A stretch of DNA of 64,000 bases from a virus. Lineage: Duplodnaviria; Caudoviricetes. Positions 49,901 to 55,796 of the stretch are shown here, in pieces. Under the pieces are notes generated by a model, which made no database searches, had not been told where the DNA came from, and saw nothing but the letters and a program-made list of their open reading frames with translations. The stretch's first letter is position 1; every line of letters begins with the position of its first letter. A program made the translations under genes and the position numbers. The stretch covers positions 1 to 64,000 of the IMG/VR virus record IMGVR_UViG_2690315653_000003; one strand, 5' to 3'.

Positions 49901-51395
49901 TGAATTTTTTAAGTCGGACCTGATGCCTGTCTCCAGTGAAGAGGAAATTACCATTTCCGGGAAGAAAATGATCCGAGCAACAAATCGTTTCTTTCAGATG
50001 AAAGTGCTGGGTCTCAACCTGGCTACTGCTTTAACTAACTATCTGGGAGGTAAAGCCAATGCCTATATGCTCGCTGGAAAGTATTTCACAAAATCCGATT
50101 ATACAAAAGGAGCGTTACAGCTGGCCAGTGCGAAATTTCATACTGAAGAAGGGAAAATACATGCCGGCCTGCTGAACTATTTTCTTCCCCTGACAGAAGA
50201 TCGTACTGGTGAGCAGATTAAACAGCTTTCTGTTTCCAAAGCCGTCAAACTGCTCTCCAGTGATCATTTGTTTTATCTGATGCGAACATCTGATAAAGGA
50301 GTCCAATATCCAGCAGCCCTGGCCATGTTTAGTAATACGATGGTTAACGATGGTAAGCTGGTAAATATTCGTCAGCACGTAAAAGACCTCAATAATTACG
50401 GGAGTATTTATAGCTTAAGTGGCCCTGATCAGCAGGCGCTCCGTGCAAAAATTGAAACAGAGATTGAGCAGTTAAAAAATACAAAATCTTTGCCTGTAGT
50501 TGCAAAAATCGAGAATGATAAAATTGTACTGGATGGCATTACCCGAAACTCCAAAACAGTAGCGGATCTACGCAATAATATTCAGCAGTTTAGCAAGGAT
50601 GCTTTGGGCAACATGAGCGAGGACGATATTTCCCAATACCGTATGACGCTTTTAGGGCAGTCATTTATGATGTTTAAAAACTGGATACCCAGGATGGCCG
50701 ATGTCAGATTCGGTGAATTCCGCTACCAGATTGGTACTGATAGCTATGAATGGGGTAGGGTAGCTATGCTTTTTAATGCACTAAGGCATGGAATACTTAC
50801 AGGTGCCAAAGCTTCTATAGCATCACTTGCTGGTAAAAACGAAGGTCTTATTGATATTGCCAGAAAAGTTTACCTGGAGAAAAAGCGTCAGGCGGAAGCT
50901 ACCGGCAGACCATTCAAAATGACGGAGGCTGATTTTGTTGATATGTATGTTAAGGGTATCCGTACCCAGCTCAAAGAAGTAGGACTAATGATGTCTATGC
51001 TGGGAATGCTAATGTTTGCCAAATCAGAAGTTCCAGATGACGATGATGACAGGACGACAGGCGTTTATAAATGGCTTACCAGAACACTTGATAAAATGAC
51101 AGATGAATTGGGATTTTTCTTAAATCCGCTTTCTTTTACGGCCATTGCCAATGGTAGTGTTTTCCCATCAGTGCAGCTTATTAATGATATTGTCAGGTTT
51201 ACCAGCGGAATGACAATGGAATCCTATTTCCTACTCATTGGAGATGAAAAGGGCGCTGAAAAGAACAAGGTTATGAAATACCTGTTTAAAACATTTCCGG
51301 TATCAAAAGAGCTGATGACCTATGTTGCTATGTTTAATGAAGATCTGGCCAGGGAGTATGGTATTACTATAACTTCCCGTGCAAGAATAAGATAA
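34938..51395 (+). CDS. Giant virion RNA polymerase polyprotein (5485 aa)
   Basis: GFRIPTQ and GSDFDIDKL (44094-44111) double-psi beta-barrel catalytic motif; N-terminal hydrophobic Gly/Ala helices; zincin-like segments; PD-(D/E)XK domain. Confidence 0.88.
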   Translation: MIDKNVLQGSSDLSLLQSNYVNGDPTTDYANSVLNKYKPSTKASTGLTPFSGGTTPATQVPTGSDGARYPYYSPFVPSNEDLYASYQSWYSKAGNGIMKGAGLAGTTFLNGTAGLIVGIGSAVSDGKMSSFYDNEFTRSLDDINKYMEDRLPNYYTTKEQNADWYSPSNLFTANFLFDKVIKNLGFSVGAIGAGLTYGAALRSLGLFSKVASAGGLARAAELSEQMASAVPQMQQGAAATNSIRVAAGEFLSGFNTLNTAQRAVVSGLSTIGEANFEALLQLNDYRRELISNYVTENGVRPTGKDLDQINQYAEKAGNTIFALNVPLLTATNYIQLPKILGSSYQAEKSIFSSGVRNASAVAFDKEAGKFTSTIAQKGFGKMLNRAKNVAGLFFAPSEAFEELSQTSFNFGVENYYNKARQGKDTDFFSDLLGEGYRQGITTKEGLESALIGGLSGGIFELRHQIKERGFTGYGGSQAATNKAAINLFNNKLFSGFLSDTRDAVDRGGIIQMQRMEAIRRGDFLEAKELQTDFTLNYLAPRIKYGRFDLVKDDISTYRQLASTPEGLRQLKDQGIIADDTTSEQLLSRISNMETHADNVNHLYQSLNIRYSGQKDKDGKRIYPDEVIDKMVYAAAKVSDYDMRVPALSSSLIDASINVQPILDEMAQSDHPSEATIRPAIEQIKNLNILADKKDDIRADLRDLVELTMRRKQFLKEYDSLKNKPEEYITKKYGPVVTQNGDTEIIIPQVDQDGKSYDYKVKTGSKYGTSTTYQRNGNAFVVNPELNIVETNPLGEIRTTLPDGQTKFLFPAEMSGYKLSDPLTEIEAQVLESKMNDAIDQTVKLPAFDHLEQEMKNKTLAEKLDIINFLDDKQLADELEKAFGIINSDFENTRKSIQKLTEDPVVSTQVDKGFAEADGLAGTTQTTDPAEDKEIIDQVNEDQGAKKHITTLFRSSTSENSAISGVGENDDFHRRANKLLNNIDDITDKENIRVAVVTFANQKQLGLEGLIPDKVPGSTTSSADINEGIIRLVFIRSTSAGDYFVDQGGNNMEKVGTKPDFNKLVYTTMPSTSLTWKNYELRYISTGKRASTPAQAGTYQDAYRIKRTSLLSRATGYEVFPFSVSKGFASYDKTGNSYAVTESLVPTRELSNKLLIIPTQQTEEVNGKKAGSIIHNDQTIYLPLGRPILQRGATLVPLNNRKLTGKEKQVIKKLIVKLADGASKGTVDKAILNYFQGLLYWKKPSDTKAATKGQIWYSKGYLYLGSSTNKTPFLPQLLSSSPQLEKFLDDVYVSANNFLLTQRFSQPFNEIVDIDSQDNPVQVQWKSYQHFLLSGSYITTVDDTSGLAGTARATDQIPFTTDIAPVAATSDKYAATFQGRYVTLQNFDIFPHTATQQAGTTTSATVTPLAQQSPPPGESITPVAETADFEPIIKAGDFVLDGVTLNLISFEGKKLASVAATFSAEGVQFTDYKHLRKKALTEDFKASVLQIATVQINQAVLAEIEKRTSAAEQLTVSPESNAPSPAVAPIAQTADLNATEATNTGPQAESNVSGKTAEEIFKNLRPNRSGNDIAGGQYRIISHLPSSRENIPAFKDYLSKVLPAVPLRVVDNLISTTDGGYAWGVFRDNAIYLYEGAEIGTGYHEAFEAVYGMFLSSRQQQEIIKEFKKRSGSFIDRVSSNQVSYNKATDHQAKEQIAEEFREFNLSGTLPERPAADGFFKRLLNFIKSVLLGKAASMREIFSRINEGYYSRMTPPYANRVSAEQYSRFIPGLNTRFIQQVMEGMTSMVFEELFSENRSLVEFDEYHLSVSDLYKKVYDRMQVYFDTSLPEGLLADIEDAKLDQKEAEKTIALYTDFYNKTWLPISNNWQKLLQINESFLKPFNLIFETDLNQEELEAAINNPGKNQRDYERDILKISARKNAASSIKLLFATLTQVEDDGYNSAKQDVLIAPAKKLSSIKLPQLVNYARTFNRMLYEVVGSISPSDMISKIKGLARKDKTYIRLYNRLKTGTGYDNLSLYDWKLLIKLYSVSAKQRPDFFIQIQDEGGRTYLAGANENRQTSQVISSWLNNLKANAGNDKLIYVDTNRYRVNPKKLAPFTEAVKQPSGKISFLNSLGIDFTSQAYDLLSDKDKRKFNDATQRLFNQLLKTADIATLSGRSLGITGALTKLAEVYVKANGESAESQHFNIDGEPVQNLLLHNYVSTILNDLNYYPTKSDLVNALPHLSDSFSTGSLLLENGGVLFDDDGNRRPDPINISIIEGMKPVGPRAGTSTEKLSLSGRRLQEFNQNLNGIYYVLLPADSRTEWSLNLDKFHYIPYSDLSNPGVLSNKVFRIFGGYLQAEMELVSKFKDRSHIKNIRKQGTDLRFFKGILGQDLHAKAIAAINTGYDHKTWISDNRTAIGQQIKEWFDKREDELFNYFRDYEVIKPENENLYTFSGLDSDFKDDNKIPEKLTEAEIRSIIRFRTLNYSIQNTEFHKIFFGDPALYSDPTKRIKSFLSGRETTYHSDPYFNTFANNRLNATSLSDDRIMLKLSDPGYWEFKDYMVTATVADIEIVGSLALDHSIPENLRAAYENANEADAQSWITLPAYRELLLKSGGRWTDAMERQYQYEMAYERLGRSKTNGFSYENRGDLRKHDEDLVKKGNPQSGIFHVIKPIGTGVKAGAAFADIFLDKTSAMPIYYRMSEGRGLGKLYGKMSAAGISYAIMESGRKVGAEFLNPVYQTNGDFNPEPFSGNVNVPFKYFGIQLETAGTKHKQTRGTQLTKLAIINLLASGIPQDISMDAAAWNKLSETEKIQLSPSYKLISANIAILKAMADKGYQQVLDQLGISETENGFHIADKKLVAAFISREAEARDLPDNFKSAIGIDAETGDFKISLEAISNYRAVKSIIYSIVDKKLLSPKMPGGPKVQVSSALFERNNRQAVYKPAGAKTANWERVTDFDKLTDQEKSSVRLTSSDLKFYTRDAPYIEVYMPHWFREKLLERGSGKTDQELIDYLNSKGSDLLTGIGFRIPTQELNSVEHIKIKGFLPQEMGDTIIVPSEIVLKAGSDFDIDKLNTYLKNFYIGKNGFPEPISFVHADTQTDEGLKVLYNHIFGTTENILRIAHRQLAEQAERGQLKAQNKIGFSEEHSRLIESVFSSLAEQLKEAGINEKSYQRAIEKYIPFDKFSSMVSGKNIYQIYSMFDSAALENEYIRTLQQLLSLPENFERLIQPNSADELVALRGELNQALGIGAEETKGNFSLLLDPFYMSQTRHNFLSGKDGVGIAALQQTNTALSQLAGIVLDHRNFNNKLSNAEKSVVKNITVQLPHNTVSVDGEEFISISAIKDTIGKYISDKISSYINGYVDVAKDPFIIELGASLNVASTYMFLEKIGVPTRDVIFFMNQPIIKDYLRLLSIKGFNTVFSEKTIRYINQAKGLYPTGKVAVGAIDTSNLKTFIEKKSRGKKFSDIENGIQQQILDEFLKYSVFSGHLFKLTQGSNYDTDYFSDASLVFRKQTFTRQAREGNLFNSIDKLLDKSFIGTIAQYLGKVKSALGEIFLFDRPSTMQGFEQILSYYLPKDGAVSEDDFLTIASKLQSSFLDFITQLASENSLNTKIQDLLLGQDAVAAELVAFKKAIPAGSDLSENTILKLLEPVYDDASTIEPQNVKLTEKAYDSYTSNLYTEAMRELRDNVHSAGLYKRLILLSLVQSGSRRSPISFTDIIPVEDYAPIVTRALENLSKGNFIRDFVSSFAFQRVHYWDERVVPTVEPKEISTYYGSFTPLYEVPTRLYKNLSIVDGSYQFIQLSTHFQSRESNYPVVKIRQIAINPVTKAPYTPVEQAQMRKNGDYSFFSIKLFQKVMMEDTNGNDVALSYDDDQVKRPGAKFYIYKQINAWGKPGLVLEYYDHPRVSVLPSNQKIDEFSDAQVIGAFQNRDEKMLQLNDSNVDTTIPSKAGKQTLDKVYNFLEKIGVQIKDVNQIVVNGKRIDASAVADILNKTIQVVNGKHDTALPEEAMHFAVELVQQSNPQFFKGLLRDIGKFRLYNDILSLYGNEPLYQKDGKPDILKLKKEAIARVLVEVIINKSEGINEKPELLAQVGSWWERIISFLKNLFSKGPLNLFETAAGNILNGQFSDEPITGQNEVFFQLNKDTHQSQLSDKLLNLHSQLSKEVSATNGQDSYYVIGGKRVSERVTNLSKLYYERKFRNKQISETELQKAINDQKKEKGTDGHADLEDIFHRMIGDDGFLRNEELLQTIPSRLSPTDNSFYRTLENNMRERLRSFKAGTRFFSELMIYDEEKDMAGTIDFLAIEPDNADGTPGKIHILDWKFVNLKEQATDIPFYKKEAWNIQISEYLKMLSRPVYGAVKDNFGMTRAIPIKALYSFEDNERTKLKLFGVEIGNVNVKAITDDTLLPVPTKYESTGNKDLDKLIFALNSLHEKIFDTRSDPGAEYLKNQRLNDITTAIRRLQMKKETETLFKFAKNDIYNFNAFFRKYFELLDSGKQELNATDVNELSGKILDAEDVLTLYKDFNVTFRKIFSYKDAESKPILQESEMISDDAELVLSRIITLANNLRVNSIARGLEVEDVLEPEKVVTWYQKWVRSLSQGATKATEILWEIVKNINTRIQIEFSEEIEKLISLEKKVSEWLRTSGLSFKELQDMIFQKDAKGRWNGKVISTTSPEFYAEMTDALTKKNASWVMGNIDLEAYNKWYKEEMDLRKKNFETSRLHEDEKEDAALKIARLQDFKKHFDIMDNPDTAISLANYKLKAYPDLNIWKSKEFARLHEPHNEPVLALYNFWIAKLEESYKLGMLKSWERKTFFPNVRKDFLDKIVFGAESGVVKSANLNFLNSVRIDNNDEVFGYTDINGNPQDKLSSLYHYDLGEKILDKDGELFSDYANKSTDIFKVMALWEKEIIKYRHKSEVVDTVRLLHFTEKNRQAISRSKRTGGIAIKEDGEPVLIDNVENTEYFKNYMDYYFYGKRLSEGQDVTFQFKYNRLAKKVNEFFKSDLMPVSSEEEITISGKKMIRATNRFFQMKVLGLNLATALTNYLGGKANAYMLAGKYFTKSDYTKGALQLASAKFHTEEGKIHAGLLNYFLPLTEDRTGEQIKQLSVSKAVKLLSSDHLFYLMRTSDKGVQYPAALAMFSNTMVNDGKLVNIRQHVKDLNNYGSIYSLSGPDQQALRAKIETEIEQLKNTKSLPVVAKIENDKIVLDGITRNSKTVADLRNNIQQFSKDALGNMSEDDISQYRMTLLGQSFMMFKNWIPRMADVRFGEFRYQIGTDSYEWGRVAMLFNALRHGILTGAKASIASLAGKNEGLIDIARKVYLEKKRQAEATGRPFKMTEADFVDMYVKGIRTQLKEVGLMMSMLGMLMFAKSEVPDDDDDRTTGVYKWLTRTLDKMTDELGFFLNPLSFTAIANGSVFPSVQLINDIVRFTSGMTMESYFLLIGDEKGAEKNKVMKYLFKTFPVSKELMTYVAMFNEDLAREYGITITSRARIR

Positions 51396-51406
51396 AAACT
51401 GTTACT

Positions 51407-52390
51407 ATGCCTACTATGAGGAATTGTCAGCCCTGCAATTATATTTCCGGTAATGAATGTACCCAGTATACCGGACCCACTTCCCAGGATTGCGGACTGG
51501 TAAACGGAAACTGGTATATTATCGACGACCTTATAAGCGCATTAACCTGCGCCGGCTTCAGCACAACTACTACGTCGTCCACTACCATAAGTGACCAGGA
51601 GGGAGGATGTATAACCTTGCTGGTGGAAGGTTTTAATCAGATCTATAGCTTTGGGGGTAACGGTTTTGCTACCTTAGTTTATAAGTTATATGGTGACATG
51701 GACAAGACGCAGTTAATCTATGAGAAAAGTATAGAACATGGGAATGCAGATGCTTATACTCTTTTTAATGCTCAAAATATTCCAGGCCCTATTTATCCAG
51801 TTATTTCAGCGTTCATGACTTCTCCTGATGGCAATCCATATTACAGCTATGGTAGTGGTCTTGACCTGATTATTGTTACCAATGATATGATAAGATATGC
51901 CAGAACAATACCAATGCCTGTTGAGGGTAATAATATTTTTCCGGCGCTACCGGCCCTTCCCAGGGGTAGAACTAAAATCTACCTGAACCTAAATGCTTTT
52001 GATTCTAACAGCAATCCTGGACAAGGTATTATTGCTTTAGGTGGCAGTAAACTTATAAGTTCCTATTTTGAAGTAAACACGATATTAAATAATGGCGGGG
52101 ATGTTGGGACACCCAAAATGATTTGGCCGGATACTGTGTACAATTTAACAGATTACATGTATTGCGACTTTGATACTGTTAGATTTGGCTCTGCTGCCAC
52201 ATCGATGACTCTTAGCATAACGGGATCAAATAACGAGAGTGTGCCCGTCAAAGTTGAATTTACTGCCTCTGACGACCCTTCTTTGTCATTTACCGATACT
52301 GTCGCTGTCGGCCAGTCTTATGAGAAAGTATTAGACCTTACTATCCCGCAAGTTACCATAAATGATTTCCTGATAAGAATATTGAAATAA
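51407..52390 (+). CDS. Putative fibre/decoration protein with Cys-rich N-terminal module and Thr/Ser linker
   Basis: CQPC...ECTQYTGP...CGL, then STTTTSSTTIS, then a beta-rich domain. Confidence 0.55.
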   Translation: MPTMRNCQPCNYISGNECTQYTGPTSQDCGLVNGNWYIIDDLISALTCAGFSTTTTSSTTISDQEGGCITLLVEGFNQIYSFGGNGFATLVYKLYGDMDKTQLIYEKSIEHGNADAYTLFNAQNIPGPIYPVISAFMTSPDGNPYYSYGSGLDLIIVTNDMIRYARTIPMPVEGNNIFPALPALPRGRTKIYLNLNAFDSNSNPGQGIIALGGSKLISSYFEVNTILNNGGDVGTPKMIWPDTVYNLTDYMYCDFDTVRFGSAATSMTLSITGSNNESVPVKVEFTASDDPSLSFTDTVAVGQSYEKVLDLTIPQVTINDFLIRILK

Positions 52391-52397
52391 ACTGGAA

Positions 52398-53216
52398 ATG
52401 AAGTTCATATGTGCCCAACCTGATAAACCTTTATTTATCTGGCAATTGAAAACGCTGTTGGTTTCCCTTATCAAGCTAGGAGTGAATAAGGAAGATATTT
52501 ATTTCCTCACTCTCCTGGAGGAGGGAGTACCTGCCAGCCTGGAGATAAAATCGTTAGAGAAATACGCCAGCATATTTTATTACCCGGAGCGATCAGAAGG
52601 GCGGATATATCCAGCTAGTTCAAAACCGTATTTATTTGCCAGGTTCTGGGAGCAATTCCCGGAAAATAAGGAGCGCCACTTTCTATTCATTGAATCTGAT
52701 ATGCTGGTATATCAGATACCAAACCTTCCTGAAGATGAAAACTGGTATTGGAGTGAGGCCGGCAAGTATTTGGATACCGGCAAATTTGAGTATTTGCTCG
52801 GATGTCCTGATAGCATTTCAAAAGCATTTGGATTTCATTGTTTCGGGAAAGGAGCTGATGCGGACTTTTGGTACCAGGTAGAAAAAGAATCCATAGATCT
52901 TTATATTAAGATGATAGCCCTAAACCTGCCGGGGAATAAATGGATTTGTGAGATGCGAACCTGGATGTGGAATGCGGGAAGGAAGTTTAACAATGTCATT
53001 TCCCCGGAACTACTTTTTAATGACGGTACAGGACCCAGAAAGCATGGAGCAACACTTTACCATCAGCTATCAAGTAAAGTATTCCGTAAAAGAGATTACA
53101 CGTATACTGAGCCCTTTGATATTGAAATTAGAGTTGACCCTAAGTTTTGCGTTTACGATTACCTGCAGGCAATAAGAACTGCTGGTTCTATATTTAAAAT
53201 TAATTCTGAAAGTTAA
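52398..53216 (+). CDS. HPAT/SERGT-like (GT-A fold) glycosyltransferase 1
   Basis: AQPD..FIWQ, YPASSKP, FLFIESDM, DFWYQVE, WICEM. Confidence 0.6.
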   Translation: MKFICAQPDKPLFIWQLKTLLVSLIKLGVNKEDIYFLTLLEEGVPASLEIKSLEKYASIFYYPERSEGRIYPASSKPYLFARFWEQFPENKERHFLFIESDMLVYQIPNLPEDENWYWSEAGKYLDTGKFEYLLGCPDSISKAFGFHCFGKGADADFWYQVEKESIDLYIKMIALNLPGNKWICEMRTWMWNAGRKFNNVISPELLFNDGTGPRKHGATLYHQLSSKVFRKRDYTYTEPFDIEIRVDPKFCVYDYLQAIRTAGSIFKINSES

Positions 53217-53256
53217 TAATAAGCTCTTAGGCCGTCCTTTTAACGGTAGTAATTGA

Positions 53257-53264
53257 TAATTTTG
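53257..53264 (+). promoter_or_regulatory. Bacteroidota -7 box (TAATTTTG)
   Basis: Exact TAnnTTTG in the gap before glycosyltransferase 2. Confidence 0.45.
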
Positions 53265-53341
53265 ATTGACCCTATCCGCGCCCAACATCTTGTTTAAGAA
53301 AGCTCCTAAAGGAAGGTTTGCTCTATTTGTTCCCTTTACCT

Positions 53342-54373
53342 ATGAAAGACCTTGTGTTTATGTCGGCTCAACCTGATGATATGGTGTTTAGCTGGCAAAT
53401 TGAATTGTTCATTGAAAATATCCGGGATCTTGGTTATCAAAATGAAATCCAGGTGCTATTGTTTACGCCGGCAGATAGGATGTATAACAGAAATCCGAGT
53501 CGGTTTAAAGCTCTGGAGAAAAAATATAGCGGAAACAATGTTAAATTCTATTGGTATCCCGATGTTGCTAACTTATTAACCTACGGCATTATACCAATAA
53601 ACTATATCCCGCTCTTAAGGCCACATATACTTAAGCAGCATTTTAAAAGATTTCCGGATTTGAAAGAGAAAGCCATTTTCTATCATGATTCTGACATCAT
53701 TTTTACCCAATACCTGGATTTTAGCCCATACTTAAGTGACGATATCTGCTATCTGTCAAATACCGGCAATTATATGAACGTAGGGTATTTTGAAAGTAAA
53801 ACAAAACAGGTTCTTACTCATAAAGCTCAGGAATATGAACAGATAGACATATTAGACCAGTGTTGCCGGTTTGCAGGAATTACCAGGGAGATCTGCGAAA
53901 AAAATGATGAGGTGTGTGGTGGTGCCCAGTATCTGCTAAAAAATATTGATAGTGACTTCTGGGAGGATGTGGAAAGGGGTGCCTACAGAATAAGAAATTA
54001 CCTGGCCTACGAACTGGCTGGTATAAACCTTCGCTTCTTTAAAGATGAAAACGATGGTTTCCAAAGCTGGTGCGCTGACATGTGGGCATTACTCTGGAAT
54101 CTATGGAATCGAGCATATAAAACCAGCGTGCCGGAAGACTTTGGCTTTGCATGGGCAACGGATAAAATTGAGAAATGGAACCAGGTGTATTTTTATCATG
54201 ATGCCGGCGTTGGTGCCAAAAATGAATTTTACTTATTTAACAAACGTCGCCCAAACTATATTTCAAACCAGCTTTTACCTTACCATGATGACTTAAGCCA
54301 CGTATCAGCGGGGTTTTGCTCTTATAAGTATGTCCAACACATCAGGGCGGTAAAAGAAAAGAATAAATATTAA
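53342..54373 (+). CDS. HPAT/SERGT-like (GT-A fold) glycosyltransferase 2
   Basis: AQPD..FSWQ, YIPLLRP, IFYHDSD (DxD), GGAQY, DFWEDVE, WCADM, YHDAG; ATG 53342 preferred. Confidence 0.7.
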   Translation: MKDLVFMSAQPDDMVFSWQIELFIENIRDLGYQNEIQVLLFTPADRMYNRNPSRFKALEKKYSGNNVKFYWYPDVANLLTYGIIPINYIPLLRPHILKQHFKRFPDLKEKAIFYHDSDIIFTQYLDFSPYLSDDICYLSNTGNYMNVGYFESKTKQVLTHKAQEYEQIDILDQCCRFAGITREICEKNDEVCGGAQYLLKNIDSDFWEDVERGAYRIRNYLAYELAGINLRFFKDENDGFQSWCADMWALLWNLWNRAYKTSVPEDFGFAWATDKIEKWNQVYFYHDAGVGAKNEFYLFNKRRPNYISNQLLPYHDDLSHVSAGFCSYKYVQHIRAVKEKNKY

Positions 54374-54377
54374 TCCT

Positions 54378-54662
54378 ATGTCTCCCAAAGCTTTTATTAA
54401 ATATAGTTCAGCCGATATGCTTACAAGCGGTGTATTGGTAATTAATGATGCTATACCCACCGGACTCGGATGGATAGAAGTGCCTTACACCAACTGTTGT
54501 AGTCAGGTTGGATTTCCGGCTATGCCAGCATCGTCTTTAAAAAAGAGAGGATATATCAAATATTCTAAATCTGGGCAGGTTGTTGCCGGTTCCACAATTA
54601 TCAGAAATAAAAAACCAAAGAATGGCTACTGGCAAGAAGTTCCCCTTAAAAGATGCTGCTAA
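54378..54662 (+). CDS. Small protein built of two approximately 40-aa repeats ending WxEVPxxxCC
   Basis: FIKYS...GWIEVPYTNCC / YIKYS...YWQEVPLKRCC. Confidence 0.7.
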   Translation: MSPKAFIKYSSADMLTSGVLVINDAIPTGLGWIEVPYTNCCSQVGFPAMPASSLKKRGYIKYSKSGQVVAGSTIIRNKKPKNGYWQEVPLKRCC

Positions 54663-54663
54663 T

Positions 54664-54924
54664 ATGATCGATAAACTTCCTGTTATCCAGCGGTTCCTGC
54701 TATTCTTATCGAAAAACGTGGTGGCTTTAATGTTGGTATTACTGGCCACTTCAGTGACAGCAAACGTTTATTTAATCAAAGAGATCATCAGGGTAGGAGC
54801 AAATAGTGATGCTTTTAAAAATGCTACAATCGACTATGAAAGAAGGCGAGGTGAAAAACTGGAAGAAATCTTGCATCAGGAAGTAAAGCGGGAAACACTA
54901 ATAAAACAAAATAGCCATGAGTAA
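54664..54924 (+). CDS. Single-TM membrane protein (holin-like candidate)
   Basis: ATG at 54664; hydrophobic VVALMLVLLATSVTANVYLI plus charged coiled tail. Confidence 0.45.
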   Translation: MIDKLPVIQRFLLFLSKNVVALMLVLLATSVTANVYLIKEIIRVGANSDAFKNATIDYERRRGEKLEEILHQEVKRETLIKQNSHE

Positions 54925-55147
54925 AATCAGAATCATTCTGTCATTAACAATTGTCTGCCTGCTCATTATTTTCTCAGGACAAACTCCCGCCCCAGGAAAT
55001 AAACCTTTTTATCTCTCCTCTGATCTGCCAAAGGACTCCGTGATAAGGATCCTGCGTGAAGAAAATATGCGAACGCTTGGATTTATAGAGGATAAATCAA
55101 GAAAATATGATTCAATACATCCTCCGGTGGATACAATCAAACGGTAA
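54917..55147 (+). CDS. Small exported/membrane protein (lysis cassette candidate)
   Basis: N-terminal signal/TM; overlaps both neighbours. Confidence 0.4.
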   Translation: MSKIRIILSLTIVCLLIIFSGQTPAPGNKPFYLSSDLPKDSVIRILREENMRTLGFIEDKSRKYDSIHPPVDTIKR

Positions 55148-55793
55148 TAAAGTTAAATACCTACTGGTACTGATTGTTATTCTTATTCTGTGCCATTTTA
55201 CCTGTAGAAAGCTAATTGGTGTCCTTTCTCCATCAGATACGGCCACAAGCACCCTGGAACCTGTTCGCAATATTACTGATAACAACGGAAAAATACTCGC
55301 CGTGATCAGGTCTCAGGAATTAAAGCTGCTCGAAAATAAACTACTTATTGATTCTCTTGCTGGTGCTTTAAGGATTAAACCCACAGCAGTAAAATCCATT
55401 GAAAGGTACGTAGTAAGAACCGATACTGTAATACGCACAGATGTAAAATACGTCAGAACAGCCGACTCAGTAATTCTCTCAAAGGATGATAGCTATTTGC
55501 ATCTTTTGGCGGTGGGCAAGGATTCAGGGATCTCTTATTTCAGACTGAAACATACTGATACAATCTGTCGTGTTGAGGTTATTAAAGCACCTCTACTGAG
55601 GCGTGCTTATACCGATATTTACCTCCGTAGCGCAAGTCCTTATAATACTATTGTATCAGGAAATTCGATAAGGGTAATTTCCCCCCAGCCCTTTCTAACA
55701 ATAGGTCCTTATATTGGATATGATCCATTTGTAAATAAGATGTCATTTGGGCTGTCAGTTCAATACCCAGTTATAAAAATATACAAGAAATAA
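55107..55793 (+). CDS. Spanin-like membrane protein
   Basis: N-terminal TM, coiled segment, xDT repeats, C-terminal IGPYIGY...FGLSVQY beta hairpin. Confidence 0.5.
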   Translation: MIQYILRWIQSNGNKVKYLLVLIVILILCHFTCRKLIGVLSPSDTATSTLEPVRNITDNNGKILAVIRSQELKLLENKLLIDSLAGALRIKPTAVKSIERYVVRTDTVIRTDVKYVRTADSVILSKDDSYLHLLAVGKDSGISYFRLKHTDTICRVEVIKAPLLRRAYTDIYLRSASPYNTIVSGNSIRVISPQPFLTIGPYIGYDPFVNKMSFGLSVQYPVIKIYKK

Positions 55794-55796
55794 TTA

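Noticed and set aside
653-55793. Stop-codon reassignment (TAG or TGA recoding known in some Crassvirales)
   Set aside because: Very long ORFs (up to 5485 aa) are intact in the standard code, and TAG/TGA end genes at sensible boundaries (e.g. 1958, 7316, 32171; 15589, 17448)
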